Source: a virus
Taxonomy: Duplodnaviria > Caudoviricetes
Direction: 5' to 3' (one strand)
Length of the DNA: 56,241 nt
Virus record (IMG/VR): IMGVR_UViG_3300005764_001667
Coordinates: 1 to 56,241 of that record
Part shown: piece by piece, positions 1 through 9,827 of the stretch
Layout of the letters: every line of letters begins with the position of its first letter
How positions within the stretch are numbered: the stretch's first letter is position 1
Position numbers and translations under genes: made by a program
Notes under the pieces: model-generated
What the model saw: the letters and a program-made list of their open reading frames with translations, nothing else
Databases searched by the model: none
What the model was told of the DNA's origin: nothing

Positions 1-647
1 CTGCCCTCGTAGCCGGGGTACTCGAAGCCACCGGCCCCACGCACGGTCTTCTTGACCAGGCGGAAGTCGCGGCCTTCCTTCGGGTCGGTAATATCGCCCT
101 TGCGCTTCTTGCCGGCCTTCACGTCACCCACGATGGCCGTCATTATCATGGCGTGAACCGTCTTGCCGCACGAGAAGATGAGCGGCCCGACGTTCTTCTC
201 CAGCTTGTTGGTCTTGGGGTTGACGTACTCGCGGACGACGACGTTGTAGTAATAGCGCTCGACGGGCTTGATGATGCGGCAGGCGTTCTGGATGGCCTCG
301 CGCACCTTCTCGTCGGTCACCTTCAGCGACTTCTGCCACTGTGCCTTGTAATACTTGCACACCGGGCAGTCCTCGCCCTCGTCCGGCGCGACCCAGAACG
401 GGCCGTTGGGGGTCATCGTCAAGACCCGTGGGCAGTGGTAGGTCTTGTCGGCCAGCTTGTGCGTGCGGGTCGCACAATATAACTTCTTGCCCGACAGGCG
501 CGGCAAGAACCGCATGAGCAGGTAGCCATCGCCCTTCGGCAGACGGACGAAGTTCTCCAAGAAACTGCCGGCACCCGGCTCGCGGGACACCCGCTCGGCT
601 TCGACGCCGATCTCGGAGAGGTCGAGGGGAGCGTACTCAATCGACAT
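1..647 (-). CDS. T4 gp32-like single-stranded DNA-binding protein (3' end outside window)
   Basis: Not in ORF track. Manual translation from ATG 647 (SD AAGGAG): MSIEYAPLDL...LMRFLP...HCP...DCPVCKY...KPVERYYYNVVV...GPLIFSCGK...DITDPKEGRDFRLVKK...EYPGY. The RFLP, CPVC, YYNV, GxDF and YPxY motifs are gp32-like. Confidence 0.85.
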   Translation of the reverse strand, partial: MSIEYAPLDLSEIGVEAERVSREPGAGSFLENFVRLPKGDGYLLMRFLPRLSGKKLYCATRTHKLADKTYHCPRVLTMTPNGPFWVAPDEGEDCPVCKYYKAQWQKSLKVTDEKVREAIQNACRIIKPVERYYYNVVVREYVNPKTNKLEKNVGPLIFSCGKTVHAMIMTAIVGDVKAGKKRKGDITDPKEGRDFRLVKKTVRGAGGFEYPGYEG

Positions 648-772
648 GACGCAACTCCTTTAGAAAGTAAGAGACTGTTGAAGACAGTTGTGCCGGATAT
701 ATCGTTTATAACCGGCGTGTCTCAGTTGTACCTTCTATCGGCAGTGCGTTCCAGTCCGTTAAGTCGATTTTC

Positions 773-810
773 AAAAAATATTGGGAAGCCAGTCTTACCT
801 GGCTTCCCAA
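773..810 (-). terminator. Rho-independent terminator
   Basis: 12-bp IR ttgggaagccag/ctggcttcccaa (781-810) followed by a T-run on the minus strand. Confidence 0.75.
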
Positions 811-876
811 TGTGTAGCGAGAAAGGAGATGCCTGCGATTATCCGCAAGAACTATATCGCTCGCTGGAATATTTTC

Positions 877-1284
877 TCATGCTTCTGGAGTCGATTCAAG
901 TGGAGTTCCCTTGATAACGTTGCCGTCCGCGAGGACCGCAGCCTTCTGCGACAACGCCTCCAGTTTCTCCGGCAGGGTGATATATCCCTGGGCCTCCAGG
1001 TCATCGTTGCGGTCCTTGCGTGTCTCCATCTCCGTTAGATATTCCTGCTCCAGCGCTTCGAGGATTTTCATGTTCTCCTGAAGACGGTTCATTATCGCCG
1101 CGTCCTTCTTCTGGTCGTTGACGATGGGTTTCGGGGGCGACTGGTACTCGCGCTCGTACTGGTCCTCCTTTTCCCGCTCCTCGGCCTTGTGCCGGCGCAG
1201 GGCTTCGCGGCGGTGCAACACTTTCTTGCGCACGGCCCGCTCGCGCTCCTTCTTCTTCTGGAACTTTTTCTGATTATTTGCCAT
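877..1284 (-). CDS. hypothetical charged coiled-coil protein
   Basis: ORF with SD GAGG, co-oriented in operon. Confidence 0.7.
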   Translation of the reverse strand: MANNQKKFQKKKERERAVRKKVLHRREALRRHKAEEREKEDQYEREYQSPPKPIVNDQKKDAAIMNRLQENMKILEALEQEYLTEMETRKDRNDDLEAQGYITLPEKLEALSQKAAVLADGNVIKGTPLESTPEA

Positions 1285-1290
1285 ATTTCC

Positions 1291-1989
1291 TCATCGTAGT
1301 TTGGGCATGTTGGGGTCATCCACCATGCCATCCCAGCGCAACTTGCCGCCCTCGCGCTTCGTCACGTCCTCGCTAAAACCGATCTCCTTGTCCAGCACAA
1401 GATTGACCTCGGCAGGAATGAAATACTTGTCCGATATAAGCTGCTCCCGCCCACTGTCATCCAGGGTCGTCAAGGCCAGGCCGATCCCCGTGGGGTGGGC
1501 CTGCTCCTTGAAGACGGGATATTTCTTGTCCACAGTGAAACGCAGGCCGCGCTGCCTGACTTCCGGCAGCATCGGTAGTTCCGGGGAGAACACCACCCAC
1601 TTGATGGGCCGCAGTTGATTACCGTTGTGGGGGTGGAAGGATTCGGGCGATTGAGAAACGGCCTGGGGCACCAGTTGGTTGGCGGCTTCCAGAATATCCT
1701 GAACCACCACATTGGCGTCCTGGTCCACGAGGAATTTCTTGTTTTTCAGGATGATACCGCCCTTCGTCTCGCGGAACGTCACCTTCTTCTTGCTGTACTC
1801 GAACACTTCCACGTCGGTAATCCACACGTCGCGGCGGCTAAGTTGAGCCATCACGGCTCCGGCCAGCCGTTCCAAGGGAACGTCCTCGAAGGGGTCGCCC
1901 ACCTTCTTCTTGAAGGTCTTCGTCTCCTCCTTGTTGTAGCCCCCTTCCTCAAGGCGATCATGATAGATATACAATACTTCAAATCCCAT
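1291..1989 (-). CDS. hypothetical protein
   Basis: 232-aa ORF, SD AAAGGA, phage-like codon usage. Confidence 0.75.
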   Translation of the reverse strand: MGFEVLYIYHDRLEEGGYNKEETKTFKKKVGDPFEDVPLERLAGAVMAQLSRRDVWITDVEVFEYSKKKVTFRETKGGIILKNKKFLVDQDANVVVQDILEAANQLVPQAVSQSPESFHPHNGNQLRPIKWVVFSPELPMLPEVRQRGLRFTVDKKYPVFKEQAHPTGIGLALTTLDDSGREQLISDKYFIPAEVNLVLDKEIGFSEDVTKREGGKLRWDGMVDDPNMPKLR

Positions 1990-2029
1990 GTTATCCTTTC
2001 TAATTAAGTGGCATCGGTTATTTATTCAC

Positions 2030-2653
2030 TCATCGCTCTATAATCCCGGCCCCGTACCGCGTGTCAAAGGTGACCGGCTCGCGGTTCTTACCCTTGCAAA
2101 AGTCGAAAAACGCCTGCCGCGCCGGTTGGTGCCGGACGATATAATCCATTACGATATATCCGTTTAGCTCCATCTGCGGCCAGACGAAATCGAGATAGGC
2201 CAGGTGCTTGTCATAACCTGTCTCCTCATTAAATATCACCACGTCCCACTTATTTCTCTGGAACAAGTCCGTGAACTCGTCGTCATGAAGGGTGCCGACG
2301 TAGATGTTGACGGGGGTATGCCGGCGGGCGTTCTGGAGGACGTTGGCCCTGCCCAGGCGCGGCGAGTAATATTCCTCGGCCTTCTCCTGAAACCCCAACA
2401 CGTTCTCCACCGTCTTGCACCCCTTCAGGAACGCGGAAGTGAACAGGCCCAGGCGGATGCCGAACTCGGCAACGTTCTTGGCCTGAACACACTGGCCCAG
2501 GTGGAAATAGAAGGGGATGTACAGGGGATCGCTGTATGCCGAAGTCTTTCGAGAGGACTCGTCAATTAGCCGCAGGTTGTCCAACAAAACCCTGGCGCTG
2601 AAGGGTTTAGTGAGTTTGGCGTCCAGCGTTTTCTTGAGGTCCGTCAGTTCCAT
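2030..2653 (-). CDS. class I SAM-dependent methyltransferase (Methyltransf_24-like)
   Basis: VAEFGIRLG motif I; 'WDVVIF...LNGYIVMD' strand pattern. Confidence 0.65.
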   Translation of the reverse strand: MELTDLKKTLDAKLTKPFSARVLLDNLRLIDESSRKTSAYSDPLYIPFYFHLGQCVQAKNVAEFGIRLGLFTSAFLKGCKTVENVLGFQEKAEEYYSPRLGRANVLQNARRHTPVNIYVGTLHDDEFTDLFQRNKWDVVIFNEETGYDKHLAYLDFVWPQMELNGYIVMDYIVRHQPARQAFFDFCKGKNREPVTFDTRYGAGIIER

Positions 2654-2664
2654 TCATTAAAAGA

Positions 2665-2696
2665 GAATGCCCCAGAGGATTCCCTCCGGGGCATTC
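2665..2696. terminator. hairpin terminator after hsp20
   Basis: gaatgcccc/ggggcattc IR flanked by A/T runs. Confidence 0.6.
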
Positions 2697-2713
2697 AAAA
2701 CCGTGGCGGATGT

Positions 2714-3238
2714 TTACTTCTCGTCCAGGTTCTTCACGACGACCTGCTTGGGTTTGGGCCGCTTCAGTTCGGGCACGTCCCAGGTGAGGCGCAGGATTCC
2801 GTCCTTGATGGTCGCCTGGGGTTCGTCCTTGATGAACTCCGGCAACAGAATGCGCCGCTCGAAGCCGGAGCGCTTCAACTCGCGGACGTGCCAGTGCGCG
2901 CCTTCCTTATACTGGTGGTCCTCGCTCATGCGGCCAGAGATGAGCAGGATGTGACGTTGCGGGGCGTCCACTCCGAACTTGCACTCCTGTTCCACCGGCA
3001 GCATCTCCACCCGCAGGTCGGAGAGCTTGACGCCGGGGACCGACGCCTCCACGATCCACTTGCCTTCCTCGGTAATCACGTCAAGGCGCGGGTAGCCCAT
3101 CTTAGACCGCACCGTGTTGGCCGCAGAGTCCGAGAAGAACTCGTCCACTACCTTGTCGAAATACTGCTGGAAGGGATAGAAAAGGTCGTCCCGGCTGGGA
3201 ATGAGGGAAGACCAGTGACTCGGAATTAAAGTACCCAT
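2714..3238 (-). CDS. small heat-shock protein (Hsp20/alpha-crystallin)
   Basis: YPRLDV...VPGV...LLISG...RE...FERRILLPE...ATIKDGILRL; C-terminal VVV (IXI-like); SD GGAGGT. Confidence 0.92.
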   Translation of the reverse strand: MGTLIPSHWSSLIPSRDDLFYPFQQYFDKVVDEFFSDSAANTVRSKMGYPRLDVITEEGKWIVEASVPGVKLSDLRVEMLPVEQECKFGVDAPQRHILLISGRMSEDHQYKEGAHWHVRELKRSGFERRILLPEFIKDEPQATIKDGILRLTWDVPELKRPKPKQVVVKNLDEK

Positions 3239-3338
3239 TGGTGTACCTCCATAATGTAACCACCGCCTTATTGCGTGTGGTGAATTTGGACCGAGCTACG
3301 CCCGTGTCCATACCTATATATTCATCCTAGCATGTTTT

Positions 3339-3452
3339 TCACAACCTGCGGCCCATCATCATCCAGTAAATCAAGGCCCAGGGCACCAGGGCCAGCGCCA
3401 GCAGGAACACCAGAAACAACAAGCCCTCGATCAGTTCTTCGAGAATCTTCAT
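3339..3452 (-). CDS. 37-aa membrane peptide
   Basis: Manual translation MKILEELIEGLLFLVFLLALALVPWALIYWMMMGRRL, SD GGAGGAG. Confidence 0.6.
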   Translation of the reverse strand: MKILEELIEGLLFLVFLLALALVPWALIYWMMMGRRL

Positions 3453-3464
3453 GGCTCCTCCAAT

Positions 3465-3495
3465 AAAAAAGGGAGTATGAAACGATCATACTCCC
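3465..3495 (-). terminator. Rho-independent terminator
   Basis: gggagtatga/tcatactccc 10-bp IR plus T6 on the minus strand. Confidence 0.75.
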
Positions 3496-3640
3496 CGCCG
3501 TGTTTCGGCATTTTGGTTAAGACCCGCCCTTGGCTCGAACCATCAGAGCGCCATGAAGGCCATCGCCTGGCTTGCAAATAGGATGCTGCATCCTCATGGT
3601 CAGCAGCAACGGTACATTGCAATCCGTGAAGACAGGACGT
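3465..3640 (-). ncRNA. candidate ~170-nt structured small RNA
   Basis: TATAAT at 3641-3646 (-), terminator at 3465-3495, nested pairings CCTGTCTT/AGGGCGGG, ACCGTT/GATGGT and CCATGAGG/CCTTCATGG; no convincing ORF. Confidence 0.35.
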
Positions 3641-3729
3641 ATTATATATATCAATGGACACAAAAATCTGCACCATTTGCGTTGAGAAGGCAATTGAACC
3701 TGCCGACCTGGCCAAACACTTGTCCTAAA

Positions 3730-4266
3730 CTACTTGGTGACCAAGTTTTTGACGGGAATCCATTTCACCTGGCCGGGGTCAAAGTCCTCGGCATCCCATT
3801 GGACTGATGTGCTTTCAATCAACACCGTGTAACCGGCTGGTTCCTTGCTCACCAGGAGGGGCCGGTCACTGCTTTTGGGGCCGAGCAGGGCGTGCGGGTG
3901 AAGCCAGACGCGGCGTTTGCCGTCCACCCGGATCGTGTCCGTTGAGACATATGCCTTGGTGCCGTCCTTCATGTTCTCCAGGCGGTTGCGAACTAAATTG
4001 ATAGGGAGGACAGCCACCGAGTCGCTGCCCGCATCGTCCACGCCGACCACCTTGGGCGGGGCGTCGTCCTTTTCTTTCTTATCGTCCTTCTTGTCGTCTT
4101 TTTCCTTGCCGGGTAGGCGGGGGTCGAAGGGCGGCGGCTCTGCTTTCTTTTTGGGCTGGGCCACTGGCTGCGGTTGCTGTCCCTCACTTTGGGCATGGCC
4201 CATATAACAAACCGACATCATTAGGAGCAACATCACGCAGCCATAGGCAATTTTCCGTTTCATCAT
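3730..4266 (-). CDS. exported hypothetical protein
   Basis: N-terminal signal peptide (KRK + hydrophobic + HAQ), K/D/P-rich linker. Confidence 0.7.
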   Translation of the reverse strand: MMKRKIAYGCVMLLLMMSVCYMGHAQSEGQQPQPVAQPKKKAEPPPFDPRLPGKEKDDKKDDKKEKDDAPPKVVGVDDAGSDSVAVLPINLVRNRLENMKDGTKAYVSTDTIRVDGKRRVWLHPHALLGPKSSDRPLLVSKEPAGYTVLIESTSVQWDAEDFDPGQVKWIPVKNLVTK

Positions 4267-4841
4267 CCCGTACTCAAGTAATATTCCGGCAAATATTCGA
4301 TTACCTCCACTCCAGCCTTGGCGAAAAGGAAACGACTGCCGAAGGAGTAATCACGCCCCCAATCTATTATATACACCTTTTTGATGCCGGAGTTGATTAT
4401 CAGCTTGGTGCATTCCTGACACGGGCAGCCACACCAGCAGAACATCTCGGCCCCCAACAGGTCGTCGCTGGCGTTGACGATGGCGTTGGTTTCCGCGTGG
4501 GCACAACTGCACAACTCCAGGCGAGTGCCACTTGGGGCACCGATGGCCTTACGGGGACAAATACGGGCGTTGCCATACTTTTGTATAAACTGCCCGCAGT
4601 TGGCGCAGTCGGAATTCCCCTTTTCTTGCTCGGTCAACTGCGGCCAGACAACCTCAGCCAGATACTCCGGGTCATCGTTATGGGGCACGCCACGCGGCGG
4701 GCCGTTATAGCCCGTGCCCAGGATTTTATTGGCCTGCGGGTCCACAATCACCACGCCGATGGAACGGCTGTAGCAGGGGTTCATGTCCTCGCCAACGTGC
4801 TTCGCCAGACGCATGTATTTGCGAACAAACTTATCCTTCAT
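4263..4841 (-). CDS. dCMP deaminase
   Basis: GYNGPP, HAETNAI and PCxxC zinc motifs. Confidence 0.92.
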   Translation of the reverse strand: MKDKFVRKYMRLAKHVGEDMNPCYSRSIGVVIVDPQANKILGTGYNGPPRGVPHNDDPEYLAEVVWPQLTEQEKGNSDCANCGQFIQKYGNARICPRKAIGAPSGTRLELCSCAHAETNAIVNASDDLLGAEMFCWCGCPCQECTKLIINSGIKKVYIIDWGRDYSFGSRFLFAKAGVEVIEYLPEYYLSTG

Positions 4842-5361
4842 CTTTTACCCTCCGTGGCTTTGGCCTTCCCAAGTGAGCAGCAGCTATTTTCAGCTTTGTT
4901 TCCTGAGAATGCCGATAACCAACACGACCCTTAATTCGTTTGGCAACAAACTCCGCAGTTTGTTTTTTCCCAACCTTGGCGGCTGACATCCTCGCTTTGG
5001 CTTCGTCGGACTTCGGCCTTCCCAACAGGGCCTTACGAATTTTGTCCTTATGCTCCTGGCTGAGCGCTCCGTTCCGACCTCCTTCACGCAAATTATACAC
5101 CTTCCCGCCTTTGGCCCGAAGGGAGGAAATGTGGAACTCCTCACGAGTATTTGCATCCTCAAAACCTTGACATTCCTCGATAACATCGTAAGCAAACGCA
5201 CCTGAACCGTGCTTATTATAGGAACGCTGCAAGTAAGGATTACAATGACATCCATCCCGCAGAGTACGGCGATGGAGCGAAAACCGCTTTCTTGGGCAAT
5301 TCGTTTGCCCAATATAAACCTCAAGGGTTACACGGTTCAGGATGCTGTATATGAAGTTCAT
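4831..5361 (-). mobile_element. GIY-YIG homing endonuclease with NUMOD3-like repeats
   Basis: FIYSI..VYIGQT, YNL..GG, then repeated (H)SxExKxKI/MSxAxxG; lower GC than neighbours. Confidence 0.9.
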
Positions 5362-5367
5362 TTCCGG

Positions 5368-5883
5368 TCATTTCTTCTCCAGAGGGTGGAACCCCTCCTT
5401 GACGAGATGGTTCAACGGCAGGCCGGGGCCACACCGACCCACCGGCGCGGCAGCAACCTCGTCGTGCGTGGAATAACCCTCGATCCAAACCTCGTTGGGT
5501 TTGCCGGGGTCGTAGTAACAGCAAACGTAGTTGTCCACGTCCGCACTAAAATGCTCGACCTCCACACGGAGCCACGCGGGCCGGTAGGTTGTGGTCTTGA
5601 CCCCCACGTTGCCGTAGCCCGGAATGTCGGTCAGGTCCACGCCGTTGTCGCCGCAGTTCTCATGAACGGTGGTGTCGATCATGCGGCCAAAATACTTGGC
5701 AACCGCTCCCTCGCCCAGAATGCCGATGTCGTGAGCTTCCTGTCCGCCGCGCTTGCCGTTATAGGTCATCGCGCCGAATTTCTTCTCCTTGGCGTTGCGG
5801 GCCTTGGAATTCTTCAACAGGAACTCGCGCTCCTCATCGGTCAGGGTCACCAGAATGGCCTGGTGCTTTGAAGCCATTAACAT
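5368..5883 (-). CDS. hypothetical, PD-(D/E)XK nuclease-like
   Basis: GILGEGAVAKY...DNGVDL...VGVKT pattern. Confidence 0.45.
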   Translation of the reverse strand: MLMASKHQAILVTLTDEEREFLLKNSKARNAKEKKFGAMTYNGKRGGQEAHDIGILGEGAVAKYFGRMIDTTVHENCGDNGVDLTDIPGYGNVGVKTTTYRPAWLRVEVEHFSADVDNYVCCYYDPGKPNEVWIEGYSTHDEVAAAPVGRCGPGLPLNHLVKEGFHPLEKK

Positions 5884-5893
5884 AATTATCTCC

Positions 5894-6259
5894 TTATATT
5901 TCTGCCACGATCACGTCGCTGAGCCGGTTGCTCAGGACGTGGTAACGGGCGTTCATTTCCTCGGTTACGCGACCGCCGCCACTGGCGTTGTCCGCGTAGG
6001 TGAGCAGGGCCTCCTCGGCGGCGAACGTGTCCTTGTCCCGCAGGGCCTCCTCGGCGGCGTCGAGCCACACGTTCATGTCCATCTCCGCTTCCAGGCGGCT
6101 GCGCAACGCCTCGTATCGAGGGTCTAAATCGTCAATCGGGTAGTGTTTGTTGAGGCGGGCGCAAAGAAAATGAACCATCCAGTGGTTGGCCTCGATCCAG
6201 TTCTTGGCCTCCATCGCCCCCTCGGCGTTGTCCAGCATCTCCCTGGCGGACTCACTCAT
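5894..6259 (-). CDS. hypothetical protein
   Basis: ORF in operon with SD. Confidence 0.65.
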   Translation of the reverse strand: MSESAREMLDNAEGAMEAKNWIEANHWMVHFLCARLNKHYPIDDLDPRYEALRSRLEAEMDMNVWLDAAEEALRDKDTFAAEEALLTYADNASGGGRVTEEMNARYHVLSNRLSDVIVAEI

Positions 6260-6923
6260 ATTTCACCCCCTCGGTCAAGGGACGTATTTTATCGAGCAGT
6301 ACCTTTTTCCGCTCCTCTGCCTTCTTAGAATAAGCCCGCCAGATGGTCAGATCAAGGTCAGCTATCGACATCCCCGATTTATCGGCCAGGGCAATAAACA
6401 GCCGCTCAACCTTGCGGTACTGCTTCTTGCTGCCGGGGGTGCCCTGGGGCACCGGGTAGCCCAGGTCGCCCAGGAACTTCAAAATATGCGTATCCAGGCA
6501 GGCCACGCGGACATCGGGGCGGGTGTGCAAAATAAAAAACCGTGCGGTCTTCGCGCCGATGCCAAAGACCCGCTCCAGGTCTTCCGCCTCCACCGTCTTC
6601 AGATCGAAATTGCGGCGGATCACGTCATATATCGCCTGGGCCTTCAGGCCGTGACAGCCGACCCCGTGGCGCTTCAACATCTCCTGAAGCTCATCCTTCG
6701 TGTAAAGGGCCAGGGACACGAAGGGACGGAAATCGTTCACCCCGTTGGTGTCGTGGCTCTCCTTGAGAATGTTTTCCAGGGAGCGGGCGATGATCCGCGC
6801 CGTTTTGCCAGCCACCAGGATGGAGAAGATCAGGAACTCCTCCAGGCGGTGTTTGCTGAGATTGAAACGGGTGCAGTCGTCTGGATTGACCATGTTCCAC
6901 CTTGAACTTTTCAGTTCGTCCAT
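6252..6923 (-). CDS. HhH DNA glycosylase (Ogg2/8-oxoguanine glycosylase-like)
   Basis: GIGAKTARFF HhH motif, ACLDTHILKFL, 'DLDLTIW'; start 6923 or 6893. Confidence 0.8.
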   Translation of the reverse strand: MDELKSSRWNMVNPDDCTRFNLSKHRLEEFLIFSILVAGKTARIIARSLENILKESHDTNGVNDFRPFVSLALYTKDELQEMLKRHGVGCHGLKAQAIYDVIRRNFDLKTVEAEDLERVFGIGAKTARFFILHTRPDVRVACLDTHILKFLGDLGYPVPQGTPGSKKQYRKVERLFIALADKSGMSIADLDLTIWRAYSKKAEERKKVLLDKIRPLTEGVKYE

Positions 6924-6932
6924 AAATACGTT

Positions 6933-7439
6933 ATGTCTATGACACTGCCTTTTCCGGTGGCGAAGCAATATCTCAGCGAAGTCTTCGTTGAAACCGGAAC
7001 GTACAACGGGGACGGAGTAGAAAGGGCGTTACAGTCCGGTTATAAAACCGTCTACAGCGTTGAATTATACCCTGAACCCTACGAGTTGGCCAAGCGACGA
7101 TTCGCGGACAACCCCGCCGTCTTCTTGTTTCAAGGATCGTCCGAGGTCATGCTGCCGGAAATCCTTTCGCACATTACCTGCAAGGCGACCTTCTGGCTGG
7201 ATGCCCATGAGATGAACGCCGGCCCCAAATGCCCACTCCCCCTGGAGCTTGACGAAATTAAGAAGCACCACATCAACTATCACACCATCATGGTCGATGA
7301 CCGCCGCGAGTTACCCTGGTGGGGCACCAGCGAGGCCGAAGTCATCCGCAAGCTTTTGGAAATCAACCCCAAGTACAAGATCGTCTTCCACGACAATCTC
7401 TACCGCAAGGAAGACCTCATTGTAGCCGTACTTGATTGA
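6933..7439 (+). CDS. SAM-dependent methyltransferase-like protein
   Basis: FVETGTYNG, SVEL, FWLDAH, IMVDD. Confidence 0.7.
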   Translation: MSMTLPFPVAKQYLSEVFVETGTYNGDGVERALQSGYKTVYSVELYPEPYELAKRRFADNPAVFLFQGSSEVMLPEILSHITCKATFWLDAHEMNAGPKCPLPLELDEIKKHHINYHTIMVDDRRELPWWGTSEAEVIRKLLEINPKYKIVFHDNLYRKEDLIVAVLD

Positions 7440-7650
7440 CCGTCTCGACCCAGCACACCGCCCCACAGGAGAGTGGTTTGTCGGGCCGGTAAACGACACG
7501 AGCAACCTCCACGCCCTGCGAGTCGTAGATCACGACTTCGTGAGCGTAGTGGTTGCTCTTGTAGGTTTTAACGGTAATGACCGGCTCGCGGGCACCCGTC
7601 TTCCGGTTTGATTTAATCCGGTGCTGGTTGACGTGGATTATGGTTTTCAT
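7417..7650 (-). CDS. conserved small phage protein
   Basis: MKTIIHVNQH...PVITVK...PDKPLSCGA.CWVET, a pattern I recall from large-phage hypotheticals. Confidence 0.65.
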   Translation of the reverse strand: MKTIIHVNQHRIKSNRKTGAREPVITVKTYKSNHYAHEVVIYDSQGVEVARVVYRPDKPLSCGAVCWVETVNQVRLQ

Positions 7651-9247
7651 ACCGTTGGAACAATGGGGTGGGGCGTCCCTGGTTCAGAATATCGCGTGCC
7701 ACCCCCAAATCATAATCCAGACGACCCTCCGGCTGGTATAGCAGTTGGCGGAAATATTCCAGGTCCACTTCCTCCCAGGGTTTGCGGAAGGTAAACGACT
7801 CGTATATCTTCCGCGAGGTCTGTGGCAATATCGGTTTGAGCAGGATCGCCACCGCCCGCAGCCCGTTCATCAGGTTGCCGATGACCCCCGCCGCCTTCTC
7901 GCGGTCGGTCTTGATGAGCGCCCAGGGTTTCTGCTCGTCAATAAAACGGTTCATCGCCGCCAGGTCGCGCCAAATGTTCTCCAGCACGGTGCGGTAGAAA
8001 CAGTTCTCGATATTGTCGCAGTACGCCAGGTAGGCGTTGGCACCGAACGGCACGATCCCTTCCGGCTGCTCGGTCACCGACAGGTCGCCGTCGAAATAAC
8101 GGATGGCCATGCTGACGGTGCGGCTCAGCAGGTTGCCCAGGTTGTTGGCCAGGTCGGCGTTATAAACCTCGACAAAGTGATCGAAACTGAATTCACCGTC
8201 GCTGCCGTAGTCGCAGCGACTCAGGAAGTAATAGCGGTAGGCGTCACAGCCGAACTCCTTGACCAGTTCCATCGGGTCGAGGAACTTCCCGCTTTTGCTG
8301 GCCTTTTCGCCGTCGATGTTGATGAAGCCGTGGGCGAAGACCTTCTTTGGAAGCTCCAGTTCGTAGTAAGAACCCTCGTGGCCCTCGTTGTAGGCAATAA
8401 TCATGGCGGGCCAGAGAGCGCAGTGAAACTTGGTAATGTCCTTGCCAATGAAATGCACATCGGCAGGCCACCACGTCATGTCCGGCCCTTCCTTGTCCAT
8501 GCCCACCCCGGTCAGGTAGTTGAGCAGGGCGTCAAACCAAACGTAGATCACCTGGCTGTGGTCCCAGGGGACCGGAATGCCCCAGCCCTCGTTGCGGCGG
8601 CTGATGGAAATATCAAGCGGCTCACCGTCCGGGTCGTCCAGTTCAAAGGACACAAACTTCACGACCTCGTTATATCGGGACTCCGGCTCGATCACCAAAT
8701 CCGGGCCGGCGATGGCTTTCGGAGCCAGCATGTTAATGAGCTTGTTGCGGAACTTGTGAAGAAGGAAAAAGTAGTTCTCCTCCTCGGTCGTGCGAAGCTC
8801 CTGCTTGGGGTGGTTGGGACAGCGCCCGTCCACAACCTCCTTGGTCGTCTTGTAGGCTTCGCAGCCGTCACAATACAGGCCGGAGTATTTGCGCTTCTCG
8901 ATGAAGCCGGCCTTGTTCACCATCTGAATAAAGTGCTGGACGCCCTCGCGGTGGCGCTGTTCGGTGGTCTGGATAAAGCCGTCGTAGGAAATATCGAGGG
9001 CGTCCCACACGGCTTTGAACTCTGCGGCCATGCGGTCGCAGTACGCCTTGGGGTCTTCACCGAGATCGCGGGCACGCTGGGCGACCTTCCAGGTGTTCTC
9101 GTCGTTGCCCATCAAAAAGAAAACATCGTCGCCTTTGAAGCGACGATAGCGGGCCTGCACGTCGGCACCGATCTTCTCGAAGGCCGTCCCGATGTGGGGA
9201 CGGCTGTTGGGGTAGTCAATGGCCGTGGTCAGGAAAAACTTCGCCAT
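7613..9247 (-). CDS. metG: methionyl-tRNA synthetase (544 aa, no C-terminal dimerisation domain)
   Basis: TTAIDYPNSRPHIGT (HIGH variant), CxxC knuckle, ISISR, YVWFDAL, IGKDI, KASKS, NADLANNLGNL; SD GAGGG before ATG 9247. Confidence 0.95.
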   Translation of the reverse strand: MAKFFLTTAIDYPNSRPHIGTAFEKIGADVQARYRRFKGDDVFFLMGNDENTWKVAQRARDLGEDPKAYCDRMAAEFKAVWDALDISYDGFIQTTEQRHREGVQHFIQMVNKAGFIEKRKYSGLYCDGCEAYKTTKEVVDGRCPNHPKQELRTTEEENYFFLLHKFRNKLINMLAPKAIAGPDLVIEPESRYNEVVKFVSFELDDPDGEPLDISISRRNEGWGIPVPWDHSQVIYVWFDALLNYLTGVGMDKEGPDMTWWPADVHFIGKDITKFHCALWPAMIIAYNEGHEGSYYELELPKKVFAHGFINIDGEKASKSGKFLDPMELVKEFGCDAYRYYFLSRCDYGSDGEFSFDHFVEVYNADLANNLGNLLSRTVSMAIRYFDGDLSVTEQPEGIVPFGANAYLAYCDNIENCFYRTVLENIWRDLAAMNRFIDEQKPWALIKTDREKAAGVIGNLMNGLRAVAILLKPILPQTSRKIYESFTFRKPWEEVDLEYFRQLLYQPEGRLDYDLGVARDILNQGRPTPLFQRYENHNPRQPAPD

Positions 9248-9827
9248 AGTAGCCCTCCTCTTCCAGACCGCATTGCTCACAGTGGTTGGTGGGGCACAGA
9301 CCAAGCATGACCGGGCAATCTTCCAGCCCGTACTTGCACCCATGCTTGGTGCAGCAGTGCGTGGTGCAGCACAGGTTCCGCTCCAGTACATCCTTCTCCC
9401 AATCGGCCTCCAGGTCTGTTTTCGCGTCCGCCATCATTGTAGATGGCTTCGGGTCCGTAAAGAACGCCTGCGGTTCCTTCAACTTGCTCGTTTTTGGCCA
9501 GGGGCAGGGCACACGCTGGTTTTGCTGGTTAAAAAAGACCCGCTCCTTCACCCGCTTGTTCCCATCGCAGACCTTACACACGCCATTCTGCTGGAACCCG
9601 AAGGCAAATCCAGTGGCCTGACAGGACCGACAGGGGAACCCTTTCTCCTCGATCTCGTTCTCCTTGAGCCAGGCAAACAGGCACGCCAAGTTACAAAAGA
9701 AGTATTCCCACTTGGGCTGGTCGTAGTGGTGACAAGCCGGGCAAACGCGGTTCTCGTACTCGAAGGACAACTGCAAGTCAAACGACCCCTCGGCACCGCA
9801 GTGGGAACAGTGGATGACGCAAATCAT
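9216..9827 (-). CDS. Cys-rich zinc-finger protein
   Basis: Multiple CxxC pairs, including DnaJ-like CxxCxxxG. Confidence 0.6.
   Translation of the reverse strand: MICVIHCSHCGAEGSFDLQLSFEYENRVCPACHHYDQPKWEYFFCNLACLFAWLKENEIEEKGFPCRSCQATGFAFGFQQNGVCKVCDGNKRVKERVFFNQQNQRVPCPWPKTSKLKEPQAFFTDPKPSTMMADAKTDLEADWEKDVLERNLCCTTHCCTKHGCKYGLEDCPVMLGLCPTNHCEQCGLEEEGYYGEVFPDHGH

Noticed and set aside
4263-5361. GIY-YIG gene as intron-encoded within dCMP deaminase
   Set aside because: The deaminase appears complete and the nuclease ORF abuts both neighbours, leaving no room for intron structure; it is free-standing
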